Source: Phyllobates terribilis
Taxonomy: Eukaryota
Reading direction: 5' to 3'
Assembly (NCBI RefSeq): GCF_046119375.1
Contig: NW_027362765.1
Location: 90,830,001 to 90,894,000, forward strand
DNA length: 64,000 bases
Part shown: positions 1 through 15,528 of the stretch, one piece after another
Layout of the letters: the number at the start of each line of letters is the position of its first letter
Numbering within the stretch: the first letter of the stretch is position 1
Translations under genes and position numbers: made by a program
Notes under the pieces: model-generated
Seen by the model: the letters and a program-made list of their open reading frames with translations, nothing else
Told to the model about the DNA's origin: nothing
Database searches by the model: none

Positions 1-628
1 CAAAATCAGATCAGGACTGGACACTCTCTGACCCTCACAGATCTCATTCTCAGATCCGTGACTTTCATGGATGTGTGAATGGATCTATAAAACTCTACAA
101 GTCCTTGTGCTGTCCAATAAACAAATCTGGCAGCACACGGACATTTCACACAAATGTGAGAATGCAGCCTAAGGGATTTTACAGAAAACATTATCACTCC
201 AAGTTACATAGTGCAGATACAGAATAATATTTACATCCAGGCATTTACCGCTGACGTCTCATCTGATCAGAGTCGGTTTCTGCTGCTTCTTCTCCATCTG
301 GTCAGACCTTCATGTCCACATCTTCCAGCAACGACTCATCTAGCCACGATGATCTCCAGCCTAGAAAATAACAAGGTCACATATATTGTACAGTGGGTAC
401 GGAAAGTATTCAGACCCCTTTAAATTTTTCACTCTTTGTTTCATTGCAGCCATTTGGTAAATTGTAAAAAGTTCATTTTTTTCTCATTAAAGTACACTCT
501 GCACCCCATCTTGACTCGAAAAAACAGAAATGTAGAATTTTTTGCAAATTTATTAAAAAAGAAAAACTGAAATATCACTTGGTCATAAGTATTCAGACCC
601 TTTGCTCAGTGCTTTGAGTAGAAGCACT

Positions 629-2506
<1,878 letters not shown>

Positions 2507-2554
2507 AGGGCTGCAGTGATAGTTGACTTTGTGGAACTTTTTCCCAAGCAAAGT

Positions 2555-4719
2555 GAAACCCCCATCATTGCCCTCTCCCAGCACCCCCATCACTGCTCTC
2601 TCCCAGAACCACCATCATTGCTCTCTCCCAGCACGCCCATCATTGCTCTCTCCCAGCACCTCCATCATTGCTCTCTCCCAGCACCCCCATCATTGCTCTC
2701 TCCCAGCACCAGGGCTGTGGAATCGGAGTTGTGGAATCGGTGTCCATTTTGGTGGAGTCAGAGTCGGAGTCGGTATAAAATGGATCGACTCCAACTCCTA
2801 AAATATATAAAAAATTTCGTACAGTACAGTAATTCAATGCAGTTTGTGGGGAATATTTTTTCATAACAATTTGGAAAAGTTATGAAATGTCCTATAAATG
2901 TCTGTCCTATTCCTGATCTAAAGGTCTAGACTTGTAGCTGAGATGAATCTGTGCTACAGTAAATTTATCACTTAAACATGAGCCATGTATGAGGGAGTGG
3001 AAGTCGTGGAGTCGGTGTCATGGAAATTGAGGAGTCAGAGTCAAAGGTTTGGCTTACCGACTCCACAGCCCTGCCCAGCACCCCCATCATTGCTCTCCCA
3101 GCACCCCCCATCATTGTTCTGTCCCAGCACCTCCATCATTGCTCTCTCCCAGCACCTCCATCACTGCTCTCTCCCAGCACCCCCGTCATTGCTCTCCCCT
3201 TCCCCATCATCCCCATCATTGATCTCCCCAGCCCCATTATTGCTCTTCCCAGCCCAATCATTCCTCTCCCCTGTCCCATCAGCCCAATCACTGCTCTCCC
3301 CAGCCCCATCATTGCTCTATCCAGCCCCACCATCCCCATCATTGCTCTCCCCAGCCCCATTATTACTCTTCCCAGCCCCATCATTCCTCTGTCCAGTCCC
3401 CAGCCCCATCATTGCTCTCCCCAACCCCTTTATTGCTCTTACCAAGCCCCATCATTCCTCTCCCCAGCCCCATTATTGCTCTTCCCAACCCCATCATTCC
3501 CCTCCCCAGCCCCATGCGCCCCATTATTGCTCTCCCCAGCCTCACCACCCCATCATTGCTCTCCCCAGCCCCATCAGCCCCATCATTCCTCTCCCCAGCC
3601 CCGTTATTGCTCTCTCTAGCCCCATTATTGCTCTCCCCAGCCCCATCAGCCCCATTATTGCTCTCCCCAGCCCCACCATCCCATCATTCCTATCCCTAGC
3701 CCGATCATTCCTCTCCGCAGCCCCATTATTGCTCCCCCCAGCCCCATCATTCCTCTCCCCAGCCACATCAGCCCTATTATTGCTCTCCCCCGCCCCATCA
3801 TTGCTCTTCCTGGCCCCATCAGCCCTCTTCCCGGCCCATTCAGCCCCACCATTCCTCTCCCTGGCTACATCAGCCCCATTATTGCTCTCCCCGGCCCCAT
3901 CATTGCTTTACCCAGGCCCACCACCCCATCTTCCTTCTCCAAAGCACGCTCAGCCCCATTATTGCTCTCCTCAGCCCCATCATTACCCTCCCCTGCCCCA
4001 TCAACCCCATCATTCCTCTCCCCAGCCCCATCAGCCCCATTATTGCTTTCCCCAGCCCCATTATTGCTCTCCCCAGCCCCACCATCCCATCATTGCTCTC
4101 CCAGCCCCATAATTGTTCTCCCCAGCCCCACCATTGTTCTCCCCAGCCCCACCATTACATCATTCCTCTCCCCAGCCCCCTCAGCCCCATTATTGCTCTC
4201 CCCAGCTCCATCATTCCATTCTCCAGCCACATTATTGCTCTCCCCAGCCCCATCAACCCCATCATTCCTCTCCCCAGGCCCATCAGCCCCATTATTGCTT
4301 TCTCCAGCCCTATTATTGCTCTCCCCAGTCCCACCAGCCCCATTATTGCTCTCCCCAGCCCCATTATTGCTCTTCCAAGCCCCACCATCCCATCATTGCT
4401 CTTCCCCACCTCCCCTCCCCAGCATTTCAGTAAAAAAAGCAAAAAAAAACAACTTACCTCTCAGCTCGCTTTCCTGCAGCATCCTCCTGGTTGCCGGCAG
4501 CTTTCTTCCTGACCCAGGCGTGCGCTGCATGATGACATCATCAAGCTGCACGCGCCTGGGTCAGGGAGGAAGCAGAGGACGGATCCCTCCAGCTCTGCTG
4601 CGATTCTCCTCCTGTCAGCAGTGGAGCTGCAGGGATCGCTCCCTGACCGCCATATGAAGGGAGCAGCTGCACTGGGGGGCCCCGGCGCACCTGCACCGGC
4701 GGCGGTATGTCCGCCGTTG
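2555..4719 (-). mobile_element. Non-autonomous DNA-transposon-like element carrying a large ~21-bp minisatellite (CCCCATCATTGCTCTCCCCAG variants)
   Basis: Array ~2555-4410; unique arm ending GGCGGTATGTCCGCCGTTG at 4719; arm is homologous in inverse orientation to 54431-55027; other end not seen. Confidence 0.7.
2710..3073. mobile_element. hAT-type MITE (364 bp) inserted into the minisatellite
   Basis: TIRs CAGGGCTGTGGA(A/G)TCGG; 8-bp TSD CCCAGCAC at 2702-2709 and 3074-3081. Confidence 0.92.
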
Positions 4720-4832
4720 GACTGCTATGAGGCTCCCACAGCTCACGGGCCCCATAGCAGTCACGTGGCCTGCCGCCATTGGCGGTACGCCACTGCTCCT
4801 CCTGGATTTACCCCTCAGTTTCAGTAAGCCAT

Positions 4833-5143
4833 TAGTGATGAGCGAGTATGTTTTGTTAACCCTTTTGCCGAGTTTACTTGGGCGAGCACCAAGTATTTAC
4901 AGCGTGCTCGGTGATATATTTGAATCACTCCCGTGTGCATGATTTGCGACAGTTTGACAGCTTTAATACATGTGAGGAATGTCTGCTTCTTACACATTCC
5001 TCACATGTATTAAACCTGTCAAACAATCGCAAATCATGCACACGGGAGTGATTCAAACATATCACCGAGCAGGCTGTAAATACTCGGTGCTCGCCCGAGT
5101 ATACTCGGCGAAAGGGTTAACAAACCATACTCGCTCATCACTA
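4833..5143. mobile_element. Palindromic hAT MITE (311 bp)
   Basis: TAGTGATGAGCGAG termini; whole element folds back on itself; 8-bp TSD TAAGCCAT at 4825-4832 and 5144-5151. Confidence 0.93.
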
Positions 5144-6581
5144 TAAGCCATATTTTGTTAATGGACTTGGTTCATATTGCTCTGCTTTCCCTGAGTGCTG
5201 CTTTGAACTTGCCGTGTCTCCCTTTAACTGCTATCTTGGTCCTGTTGTCACCAGTATACCAAGTCCTCGCTTCCCACTTTCCTTCCTGCCTGGTGCACCA
5301 AGGCTTGGGTCTGTTTGCTCACCTGGACTTGAGGCTTTGTGGACTCCACCAGGTGAGCCTACGAACTATACAATAAAGCCTACATTGATGATTTTATGCA
5401 TGTATCATTAACTTTTACACAATAGTTAATTAAAATACGTTTTAAAAAGTCTCCTTCCACTCTCTGGACGCTTGCTCTTTCGATGCCCACCATGTAGCTT
5501 TGTTCCCAAAGGAACACATGGAAGATATCTGCTTACTGATGTAAGGATATTGCCTCAGTCTTTAAGGAAGGAAAGAAAGACAGACTCTAAAAGTTGCCAG
5601 GGCACTTGCAAGTTTTTCTGTGGTTTCCTCCTAAAGTCATATCAAAACCAAACCTCTGCCAATTCCAAGCACTGGCAAAGTCATGGTGTCTGGAGAAGGT
5701 TCAGCATAACTCGGGAATGAAGACAGAGTCATATCCTTATAGCTATTTAGGTAATATTCTGTAAATCATCGGCCAACAAGAGTTGGAAGGGAACATTAGT
5801 TCCTACCAACAGTGCAAACAAGAGAGTCTGGAATACATTAAAATCCTATTACAAGCCTAGCTCTCTTCCCGAAATTTAAATAATGACTAAGCCATTTATC
5901 AGCTCTTGAGCATAAAAGTTCTATATATCGTAAACCCCGGATGCACGCTCCTCCCAGTCTGGAAAGCTTGTCAGCTCTATTTTGCTGTGGATGATGCCAT
6001 TCTGTTTTTCAAACATTAGCCGGAGTTGAATGGTGCCTCCACTAAAGGCAAACTCCTCTACAGAAACCTATAGAAGGGACCTCTGTGTATCCGAGCCAAT
6101 AAATACAATAAGTACTGTGTCTACCATGGCGGAGAGAAGTCGGTATTGATGCACACTGCAGTTTTGTTCTTCAGGCGCTTTCAAATGTCAAGCAATTATT
6201 AACAGATTTATAACGCCCTACATCAGGGCCGGGCAACATGATACATTTCAGAAGTCTCCAAAGTGGACACTGGTTCCAGAATAAGACCACACATATCTCA
6301 AGCTTCATAACACACTGAGGGAGTAGCATCACAAGTATTTACAGAGACCAGAAAACTAACTGAAAAGTCAAATTCTGGAACATTGGCAAACAAGGTTATT
6401 ACTTTGGTCAATGACAGACACCTTGATGGAACATGATGGATCCCATTGGAAGTCAAAGAAGCTCATTGGGTGCCGTTGGCATCCTTTGTGTGATAGATTC
6501 CATGTTACATCATACTTACAGTTATGAATATAAGCCACGATGCAGATGTGTGCAGTGTTGCAATAAAAGTGGCCATACGCA

Positions 6582-7020
6582 TTAGTAGACAAGTGAACAA
6601 TCACTGATCAAACAGTGAATGACCATTATGCCCATGGATTCATTGATACCAGGCAAAGGACAAACAATCTTTCTGGGAATTTTATGGTAACCTTATATCT
6701 TGAAAAGATCTTTTGTCTTAAGTAGACAAGTGAACAATCATTGATCAAGTGATCGTCAGGTGAATGATTGTTATGCCCATTGATTCATTTATACCAGACA
6801 AAGGATGCACAGTCTTTTTGAGAACTTTATGGTAACATTGTATCTTGGAAATATCTTTCATGAGCTAACTTTCCAGAAAATGACAGGTGAACAATGTAGA
6901 ATTGAATGATCGGCTTGAGAATGATCATTATGTTGATGCAGCGTTATTGACCATGACAGTCATTCAAACCAGTTATACCCATTCAATGATACCAGGCATC
7001 CAAAGAATGATCGATTTGGT
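6582..7020. repeat. Degenerate ~140-150-bp tandem repeat, about 3 copies
   Basis: AGTAGACAAGTGAACAATCA at ~6583 and ~6721; decayed third copy from ~6880. Confidence 0.7.
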
Positions 7021-7781
7021 TCTAATCATCTATTTAGATCAACTGTAGACTAACATATGGACACTTTAGGATAGCAGTTAAGGAGAGTAAAGAGGTGTTC
7101 CCATCTGAGACATATCTCATGAGACTGTGTGCCAAAAATGTCCAATAGCTGTGTGACCTAACTGTCCCTTGTTAAGCATTGCCAGTAATGGAGAGGTGAC
7201 ATTGCATGCGCCACTCAGACTATTTATTTCAATGGGACTATAAAAGTTGCAGAGGGTCCTGCATCTGATATGTCATAAAGCCCAAGATGTCACAACGTCT
7301 TTAAGAGAAATTCCAGTGATCTATCATAAATGAAAAAGGCTTCTAAACTGTAATATCTGATCAGCAAATACCATATTTTTCAGACTATAAGATGCACTTC
7401 CCCCCCCCAAATTTGGGAGGAAAATGGGTGTTGTGTCTTATAGTACAAATGCAGGCTTACTGGGGGGTGGTGGAGCAGGGTCCCTTCCTCAGAAAGTCAG
7501 AGGCGGCAGAAGTGTGATGATGCTACGGACCCAGTGTCGGCGGTGAGCAGAGCGGAGTGCATCATTGCTTTCCCGGCAGCCATTTTCCTGAAGCCGTGGG
7601 CCGCTGGAGACGGTGCGTGCTCAGATTGATATCTCGGCTGGCCCACGGCTTCAGAAAAGTGGCCACCGGGAAAGCAATGATGCACTCTGCTCTGATCACC
7701 GCCAACACCAGGCTCGCAGCATCGCCACACTTCTCCTGAGGAAGGGACCCTGTCCCACGCAACGCACTCTGCTCTGCCTTT

Positions 7782-8230
7782 GAGATATTTGATGACAGGT
7801 ATTAAGTCTCCTCTCAGTCTTCTCTTTGCAAGCTAAACATTCTCAGATCCTTTAACTGTTCCTCATAGGACATTGTTTGCAGAGCGGTCACCGTTCTGGT
7901 TGCTCTTCTCTGAACTTGCTTCAGTTTCTTCATGTCTTTTTTAAGATGTGCTGCCCGGAACTGGACACAGTATTCAAGATGATGTTTGACCAAAGAGGAG
8001 TAGATGGGGATAATTACTTCACATGATCTAGATTGTATGCTTCTGTTAATCTGTTAATGCAACCCAGAATTGTGTTTTGCTTTTTTGCTGCTGCATCACG
8101 CTGTTGACTCATGTTCAGCCAGTGATCTATTAGTATACCCAAGTCTTTTTCACACATGCTGTTGCTTAGCCCTATTCCTCCCATTCTGTTTATGCTTTTT
8201 TCATTTTTCTTGCTCAGATGTAGGACTTTT
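7782..8230 (-). pseudogene. CR1 LINE reverse-transcriptase C-terminal fragment
   Basis: Resembles the CR1 RT end at 24700-25420 (LEYCVQFW and RRLRGD-type segments in decayed form). Confidence 0.75.
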
Positions 8231-8261
8231 CCTAAATTCGGACTTTAAGATGGATCCCCAT

Positions 8262-8572
8262 GAGTGATGAGCGAGCGTGCTCTTTTAACCCTTTCACAGA
8301 GCAAGCTCGGGTGCTTACCGAGTATCTTCAGCATGCTAGTATATTATGTTTCAGTCCTTGCGTCTGCATGATTTACAGCTGTTAGACAGCCTAAACATGT
8401 GCAGGGATTGCTTGTTTGTTGGAGAATCCTCACATGTGTTTAGGCAGTCTTACAGCTGTAAATCATGCAGACGCAGGGACTGGAACATAATATACGAGCA
8501 CACCGAAGATACTCGGTAAGCACCCGAGCATGCTCGGTGAAAGGGTTAAATGAGCACGACCACTCATTACTA
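8262..8572. mobile_element. Palindromic hAT MITE (311 bp), related to 4833-5143
   Basis: (T/G)AGTGATGAGCGAG-like termini; 8-bp TSD ATCCCCAT at 8254-8261 and 8573-8580. Confidence 0.9.
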
Positions 8573-10700
8573 ATCCCCATCTTATAAAAATCTCTTTTTT
8601 TCCTATTTTCCACGGGGTGCGTCTTGTGGTCCAGTGCGTCTTATAGTTCGTAAAATACGGTAGATCAGAATTTTTTTTAGGATAAGTAAGAGGTTGTAAA
8701 GTGGAAAATATTCTAGTAGTTTATTTTGTCAGTTTACTTTTTTATTTTTATAAAATTTATTATTGGTAAATCAATTGATATATATATAACATTTATTTAT
8801 TATATAGTACATTTTTATCCACCCAATTCAATCAGTGCTAAATTATTAGACTATAACTACTGTATATAAAAAGTCTAATTATTCTCTATGTATTATACTG
8901 TACCAGTGGCCTCATTGATTTCAGTGGACATCATGCATTGATTTTTTCCCCTCTGCTGGCATACGGTTCTCCTGCAGATTACATCTGGGACACAGTGGCA
9001 ACAACCGCCACTTAATCCAAGCCAATAAACTTTGCCTTATTATCACATGAAATAAGACATTAAAGTCTTGTTAATTTACTTGATTGAATAAAGAAATGTG
9101 GTTGCATTAATTTTTTATTAATATTTGCTGTTTTAGAAAATCCCCAAAACAGCTCGTAGCAGACTAGATTCAATCATGGTCATTTAGTGCTTAGTATTGC
9201 TGAATTGCAGCCAGAATCATAACTATAAAAGATGCAGAGATTGTAGCTGGCCCTAGAGACTGGATGATTCTAAAAAATAAAGCAAAAAAATAACACAATC
9301 AATAAGTATTTAAATAATAAGTAAAGGCGAAAACATTATTAATACAAAATAAAGACATATAAAAAAGCATAAAACTCAAATACTTTTAATGATGAAAGAT
9401 AGCTAGGGGTCTTTATGCTACATCTCTGTTTGCGATTTGGTGAATCTGTGTTCCAAATCCACCAAGGACGAGATTTCAGTGGAATAAGCTGACCATCTAG
9501 TGGGTACACGTGTTTCCCCCAAGAAATAATGTCTGGAAGAAGAATAAGGAAGATTGAGTTGAAACCCTCTTCCTTTCTTCCAGAGGTATCAGGCAGCTGC
9601 TTACTCCTCCCTCCCCATTGTAAATATGAGGTTTGTGGAGCTATCTGAAGAGTGTGTTTCTGCTACTAGGAACAGGGACTGATGCTAGTGGTATCAATCT
9701 CTGTAAAGCGTTGCGGAAAATGTCACCACCATATGAGCTTCGGGAAATAAGAAGCTAAACATAGTGTGAATATACCCAGGACATTTGGGAGTATAATATT
9801 TTTTTCCAGGGCTGGGTTCCTTGAATTCCACTCCAAAAAAGAATGGATATTGAACAATGTTACTCTTCATGTCCTACAACATCAAATAGCTAAGACATTT
9901 ACAAGTTCTAGATGCGCCATATTAGCACATACGTATGGGACTAATATCCTTTTTGGAGACTTCTCTTATTTTTTTCAATCTAACTGAGAACATTGGAACA
10001 AGAAGTAAAAATGTAGTGATAAGCTAAAAAATGGACAAAAAAGCAGCCACCAGTATTGTCACCACCACGCCACCACCAAATTGGGCGTCTAAAGTTATAT
10101 TGGTGGCCCAAGAAGAACCATTTTGAAAGATCTTCTTTCTTAAGATTTTCAGAATGGAATGAAGCAACTCCAGCAACATTATTAGAAGAAATAGTGCTGT
10201 AATTATAGTGACGTAGTCAAAATTTGGCTTTATTCTTCATGAGTGAGAACTTTACTTCAGTCTTGGCTCAGGATGGAGCACAGGTATTAGATTTCTCTTG
10301 TGCTCAATGTCTCCTTTTCTTCCAAAGTTTAGGAAGGAACTATTTTTCCTTATGGAGACCACCAGCTGACCAAGGCCTCTACCTGGCCAGGCAATGCTCT
10401 CTAGGTAAAAAAGTATGCGAATTATCTGTCTTACATCTAAACTATAGCTGATTTGTAAGCCCCTTGCTGAGTAATGCAGTTATAAGTTACCAAATAGAGC
10501 GGGGATAGGGTAGTGAGTCAGTAGAAGAAGTGAGAGGTGTAGGGAAACCCCATCAAGAAAAATCTGAGATAGAAAGTTTCCACTTTTGGCCAAAGAGACC
10601 CTTTAATAAGATGCCAGAATATTTTTTCACCCATCCTTTATAGTTAATTGGCACCATGGACCACTTCCTATTTTATTTTTAATGATGTCCATTTCTCCAG

Positions 10701-10765
10701 TCTATGGTCACATCACAGCACTGCCCAAACCAAACATCTGTCCAGTACACCGTGTTTGGAACAAG
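10701..10765 (+). other. Candidate 65-nt internal exon of an unidentified gene
   Basis: Pyrimidine tract + CAG acceptor (ATTTCTCCAG) and AAG|GTGAGT donor; all three frames open; no protein recognised. Confidence 0.25.
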
Positions 10766-11499
10766 GTGAGTCTCTGCCTAGTCTGCAATGAAAGCACGGA
10801 CTGCACACTGACCGCTCGTTACGCCCCCATCTCGTCATGTTTACCTTTCGAAAGAAGAATTAATAGGAGCCAGTGACATTCTTCAGCAGCCTATCATTAC
10901 TACTCTTTAATAAAGCATTACAAAGTTATTACCATGCATATCATTACTTCCCAACGCTCGGCCCCTAATTACAGAGTTAGGGACAGAGCTCAATAACGTG
11001 TCTGTTGTACCGAGGTTTTGACTGCAGAGAGACCAACGTATGGAAAAAAAGGAAAACCTCCATTTAAGCCTCAGAGGTAATGAAGTCAAATTATCACAGG
11101 CGACAGTCTCTAGAGCTGCAATTTAGCAATGTGGTCTGTCTTTCAAGAGCGAAGGGTGAATTTAAGTTGTTTTCATTGCAAATAATAATAATTGGAAAAA
11201 AAAGCTGATATATTGAGGCTTATTTTATACCAGGCAATTTCCATATTGACAGATTTTAGGAGAAGGAGAATAATGTATATTTCAGAGTTTATTTCAAAAG
11301 ACATATATATTTTTTTAGAATGATAGTTTCCCAGCTGCATTCTAATTAGTGGACATTTAACAGACTGCAAAGTTAATATTGTACATCTATCAGAGGGGTG
11401 GGTGAGGTATATGAAACACCTGTTAACAGACCTGAGCATTTGTCATTGTGTTTAGGTTTTTTACTACATTAGGATGTCAGATGCTTTTTCTGGACTCTA

Positions 11500-12720
11500 C
11501 CTGAACCAGCACCCTGAAATGTGAATCTGTGCGCTGAAATGGGAACTTGCACGCTGAAATGTGAACCTGCATCATAAAATGTTAACTTGCACTTTGAAAC
11601 ATAAGTTTGGACCCTACGACCTGAATATGTAACCTGAAAACGGGACCTTTACCCTAAAATTTGAATCTGCTCTCTGGAACCTAAACTTGCACCCTGGAAC
11701 CTGAACCAGCATCCTTTAACCTGAACATGTACTGTGAAACCTAAACTTGCACTCTGAAATTTGAGCCTTCACCATGAAATGTGGATCTGTACTCTGAAAC
11801 GTGAAACTGCACCTTGAAGTGTGAACCTGCACCATGAAACCTGAACCTGCATCATGAAACATGAACCTGTATCCTGAAATGTGAATCTGTACTTTGAAAC
11901 CTGCACCATGACACTTGAACCTGCATCATGAAATATGAACCTTTACCCTGAAACTTAAACCTGAACCCTGAAACCTAAACCTGTACCCAGAAGCCTAAAC
12001 CTGCACTTTGAACAGGAACCTGCACCCTGAAACCAAAACCTGCGCCCTGAAATGTGAACCTTCACCATGAAACCTGAACCTGTTCCCTGTTCCCTGAACC
12101 TGTTCCATGAAACCTAAACCTGAATCCCAAAACCTGAATCTTGACCCTGAAATGTGAACTCTCAACTTAAAACATGACCCTGGACCCTGAAACTTGAACC
12201 AGTACACTAAAGTCTGAATCTGCACTCTGAAACTTGAATCAGTACCCTGAAATGTGAACATGCACTCTGAAACCATACCCTGCACCCTGAAATATGAACC
12301 TGTACCTTGAAACGCAAACCTGCACCCTGACACTTGAACCTGTACCCGGAAACGTAAACTGGCACCATGAAATCAAAACCTGTACCCTGAAATCTGAACC
12401 TGCACCATGAAACGTGAACCTGCACCCTGGAACATGAACCTGTACCCTGAAACATAAACCGGCACCCTGAAGCCAGAATCTGTATGCTGACACCTAAACC
12501 TGCACCTGAAACCTGAACCTGCACCCTAAAGCCTGAACCTGTATCCTGAAACGTGAACTTATACCATGACACCTGAACCTGTATTCTGAAATGTGAACCT
12601 GTACTTTGAAAGATGACCCTGAACCCTAAAACCTGAACCTGCATCCTGAAATGTGAATCTATGCCCCGAAATGTGAACCTGTACTCTGATACCTGAACCT
12701 ATACTAGAACTGACCTGTAC
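11500..12720. repeat. Minisatellite, ~19-bp unit (CTGAAATGTGAACCTGCAC variants)
   Basis: Dozens of degenerate tandem units. Confidence 0.92.
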
Positions 12721-13473
12721 CTTAAAAGCTAATCCTCTACACTGAAAAATTAACCTGTCCACGTATGAATGTGTGCAAGTGCCTGATTGGGTGAACAAAG
12801 GTAGAAGATAGAAGAAGAGAAAACAAGACAGGGCTTGGGGGATCTCATTTACATATGGTGCATGGTCATTTTTTGCCCTGTTAATAGAATTTCTAGTAAC
12901 TTCAAGTTTTTTTTTTGCTTTTTCAAACTTTACACTTTTAACATGCTTGTGTAATTGTCTTTTTTTGTGCATTTTGTATTATTTTTATGGATATATTTCA
13001 CCCATGACAATATACATTTATCTGTATCAATCTGTTCTAACTGTAACAAGCTCGTTCTTCAATTAAAACGAGAAAACTCTTTGGTGTCAAGCCAGAAATG
13101 AATCTCTTGTTGCAAATCCTTGTGGAAGTGACGGGTTAAGCCAAAAGTGATTAATTTTGAGTTAGCCAAACTTGTTTTGAGGAGCCGGGGTGTGAATGCT
13201 GTTCTTTTTTCACCTTCTTACAACACATGCGGGCTGAACACTGGACAGGCTTGTTCAGCTCAGGTCTCATTTCCAAGCCCCTCGAGTTTAATATGCTTCT
13301 AAATGAAGTGTTACAAATTTGTGTTTTATCTGTGGCGAGAATTAACTCCAACTGTTTAGTTTCCCTGTTGAAGGAACATGTCTCCTAGTGACAGCTAGGG
13401 CTTTGCCCGCTGGGAGTACAAGTGCTCCCTACTAGTTTCATACTAAAATACACTATTTATTTCCAGTCATCAA

Positions 13474-14130
13474 TAGAGATGAGCGGATCAGGCAAAATTT
13501 GTGTGATCCGCTCATCTCTCTTTTTCACAGGAAATTCGATTCACAGAGAACTTATTGTTCTGGAATTGACGATCCCTTGTTTTGCTCCGGGGTGTCTCCA
13601 GACCACAAAGAATAACAAAAGCAAGACATAAAAGATGAGAAGAATACTTACCTTACCGCTTACCTCTCGCACCCCTCCGGTCCTCATCGTCCCCCATCCG
13701 GTCCTGGTCACATCTTCTTATTACTGTCGAGAGCACTGAAACCTTGGGCCTCTTTAAGCTCGGATTATTGGTTCTGATGAGGCCCAAAATGTTTCTGCAC
13801 AAGCAAGAGAAAGGACTCAACATCATGATGTCACAACGTGCGCCATTACCGTGCATAGAAACGTCCAGCATAAAGAGGCCCATGGATTCAGCGTGATAAG
13901 AAGATGCAATGAGGACTGGAGGTGAGGAGCGCATGGGCCGCAGAGGTGAGTGGTAAGGTGAGTATAAGAATTTTTTTAACCTTTTGAAGGCCCTATATAT
14001 ATATCAGCAAAACGGCGACTACTGGATTCCATTCTGCTGAATATGCACGGAAGCAAATTACAAAAAAATGTTTGTTATATTCGAGTAGAATTCAATTCCA
14101 TTCAATATACAGTATATTCACTCATCTCTA
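13474..14130. mobile_element. hAT MITE (657 bp)
   Basis: TAGAGATGAG termini; decayed 8-bp TSD GTCATCAA / GTCATCTT. Confidence 0.8.
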
Positions 14131-14339
14131 GTCATCTTGGCATCAGGATCTGAAGATCTGGAGTGATTTAGCTGGTTTTATTGGTTGTTCCTCTGGATCA
14201 TTCTGTCCTGTAATCCATATTTACAATCATGATTGGACACATTATTTCAATATTGGTCACTGGAGAAGGACATTATGGTCAGAAGAATAGAAAGAGCAAG
14301 GTGAAGAAGAAGACCAGCAATCCGATCCGTCCCAAGCAG

Positions 14340-14641
14340 GACAGAGAATAGTGCGCCGCCACGAGCCGGCGATTTCTCTGTGCAAGTGTGGGATTTCACC
14401 CAGCTATTTGGATGACTCAGGAGGCATCATCTATGTAAATCAAAGCAGGAGGATGGCGAGCTGCAGCCGGGGGAAGGATAAAGAGGCTCAAAGCATCGCC
14501 CATCGGACGGGACCGAGAAGATTAGCATACAGCACGGGAGACATTAGAAAAGGTTATATAAGGATTTAGGGAATGCAGCGCAGGCGCTGAATAAGGTGAT
14601 ATTTTTAGCTGCTATGTGCCAAAACTGGTGACAGGTTCCCT
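14340..14641. mobile_element. Partial Kolobok/T2-type MITE (right end only)
   Basis: TGACAGGTTCCCT|TTAA terminus typical of TTAA-target amphibian MITEs; left end not found. Confidence 0.5.
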
Positions 14642-15528
14642 TTAAGGGATTTATTACTATTTGATAGAAATAAAACCACTCAAGATTCCTACATGAATTC
14701 AGATCCAAGCAGCCTAAACTCAAGACTCCAGATCCCACCCCTTTCAAACTCCCAAAACAGATCCATACATTTAATTGAGATCCCACACCAGGCTAATAAA
14801 ATAAATTTAGATTCTATACCAGATTCTTAAAATAATCAGACCTCAAACCAACACCTAAAATTAATTGGACAGCAGACCATACTCATCTAAATTATTGAGA
14901 TCAGATCCCTAATAATAGTGACCTAAAATTATTCAGAACCCAGATCAAAAAATAAGAAGGATATACTTACAGTAATTATCTAGGGTACCATTTCCTTTTG
15001 GAAATATGGCAGTGACCAAATTCATGACCTTATGTAATGGATCCTGAAGGTAGTGCCACAGGAGAATTACCATTATAGATACATTTGAGGAAACACTGTC
15101 CCTTTATCTATGAAAAAGGGTCTACGTTGGTGCCCCTGGTCCATAATTTGACTGCGTTTTATCTAGAATGTGTAACATCAATAATAAAGATTTCAGCTGC
15201 TTCATATGATATTTTTATGTTAAAAAATCTAAACTGAATTAAAATAAATTAAAAAAAACATTAGAAATTATTCAGGAATCTCAAAAAGTGACACTCTTTG
15301 TAAGTGCTATTTGTGAATCCTCTACTCAGGATGTGCTGTCTACATATAAAGCATTGTGGGTGTACTTTGTTTCAAAAATTGCCTTAATACAATTTCATAA
15401 ATTCTTTAATTTTTATTTTTACATTGATTCTCCAAAAGTTTAATCTCTCATTTTGTGAATCTCAAACCTGAAAAAAACTATTTAACTTTGCCATGTAATA
15501 TACCAGATTTGAGCTTAACTGAGTAGTA

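Larger units (their letters stand above)
7371..8660. mobile_element. Non-autonomous Tc1/mariner-superfamily (pogo/Tc2-like) element with nested inserts
   Basis: TA TSDs at 7369-70 and 8661-62; TIRs resembling CCGTATTTTnCGnACTATAAGACGCAC; internal hairpin ~7478-7752. Confidence 0.8.

Noticed and set aside
249-361. Exon-like segment on the minus strand (CTAG acceptor, G|GTAAAT donor)
   Set aside because: Stops in all three frames and no recognisable product
2985-4657. Long Pro/Ser/Ile-rich ORFs (up to 375 aa) in several frames
   Set aside because: Produced by a stop-poor minisatellite open in many frames on both strands; no unique coding content
5640-6100. Possible ancient L1 endonuclease relic on the minus strand (VIG-FNV-like stretch)
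   Set aside because: Only one decayed motif; too weak to call without a profile search
11500-12720. Possible CRISPR-like array (also considered for 36490-37260 and the LTR arrays)
   Set aside because: Units are directly tandem with no unique spacers, no cas genes are present, and the context is eukaryotic
11995-12972. FRVQVQ repeat ORFs
   Set aside because: Translation of the 19-bp minisatellite
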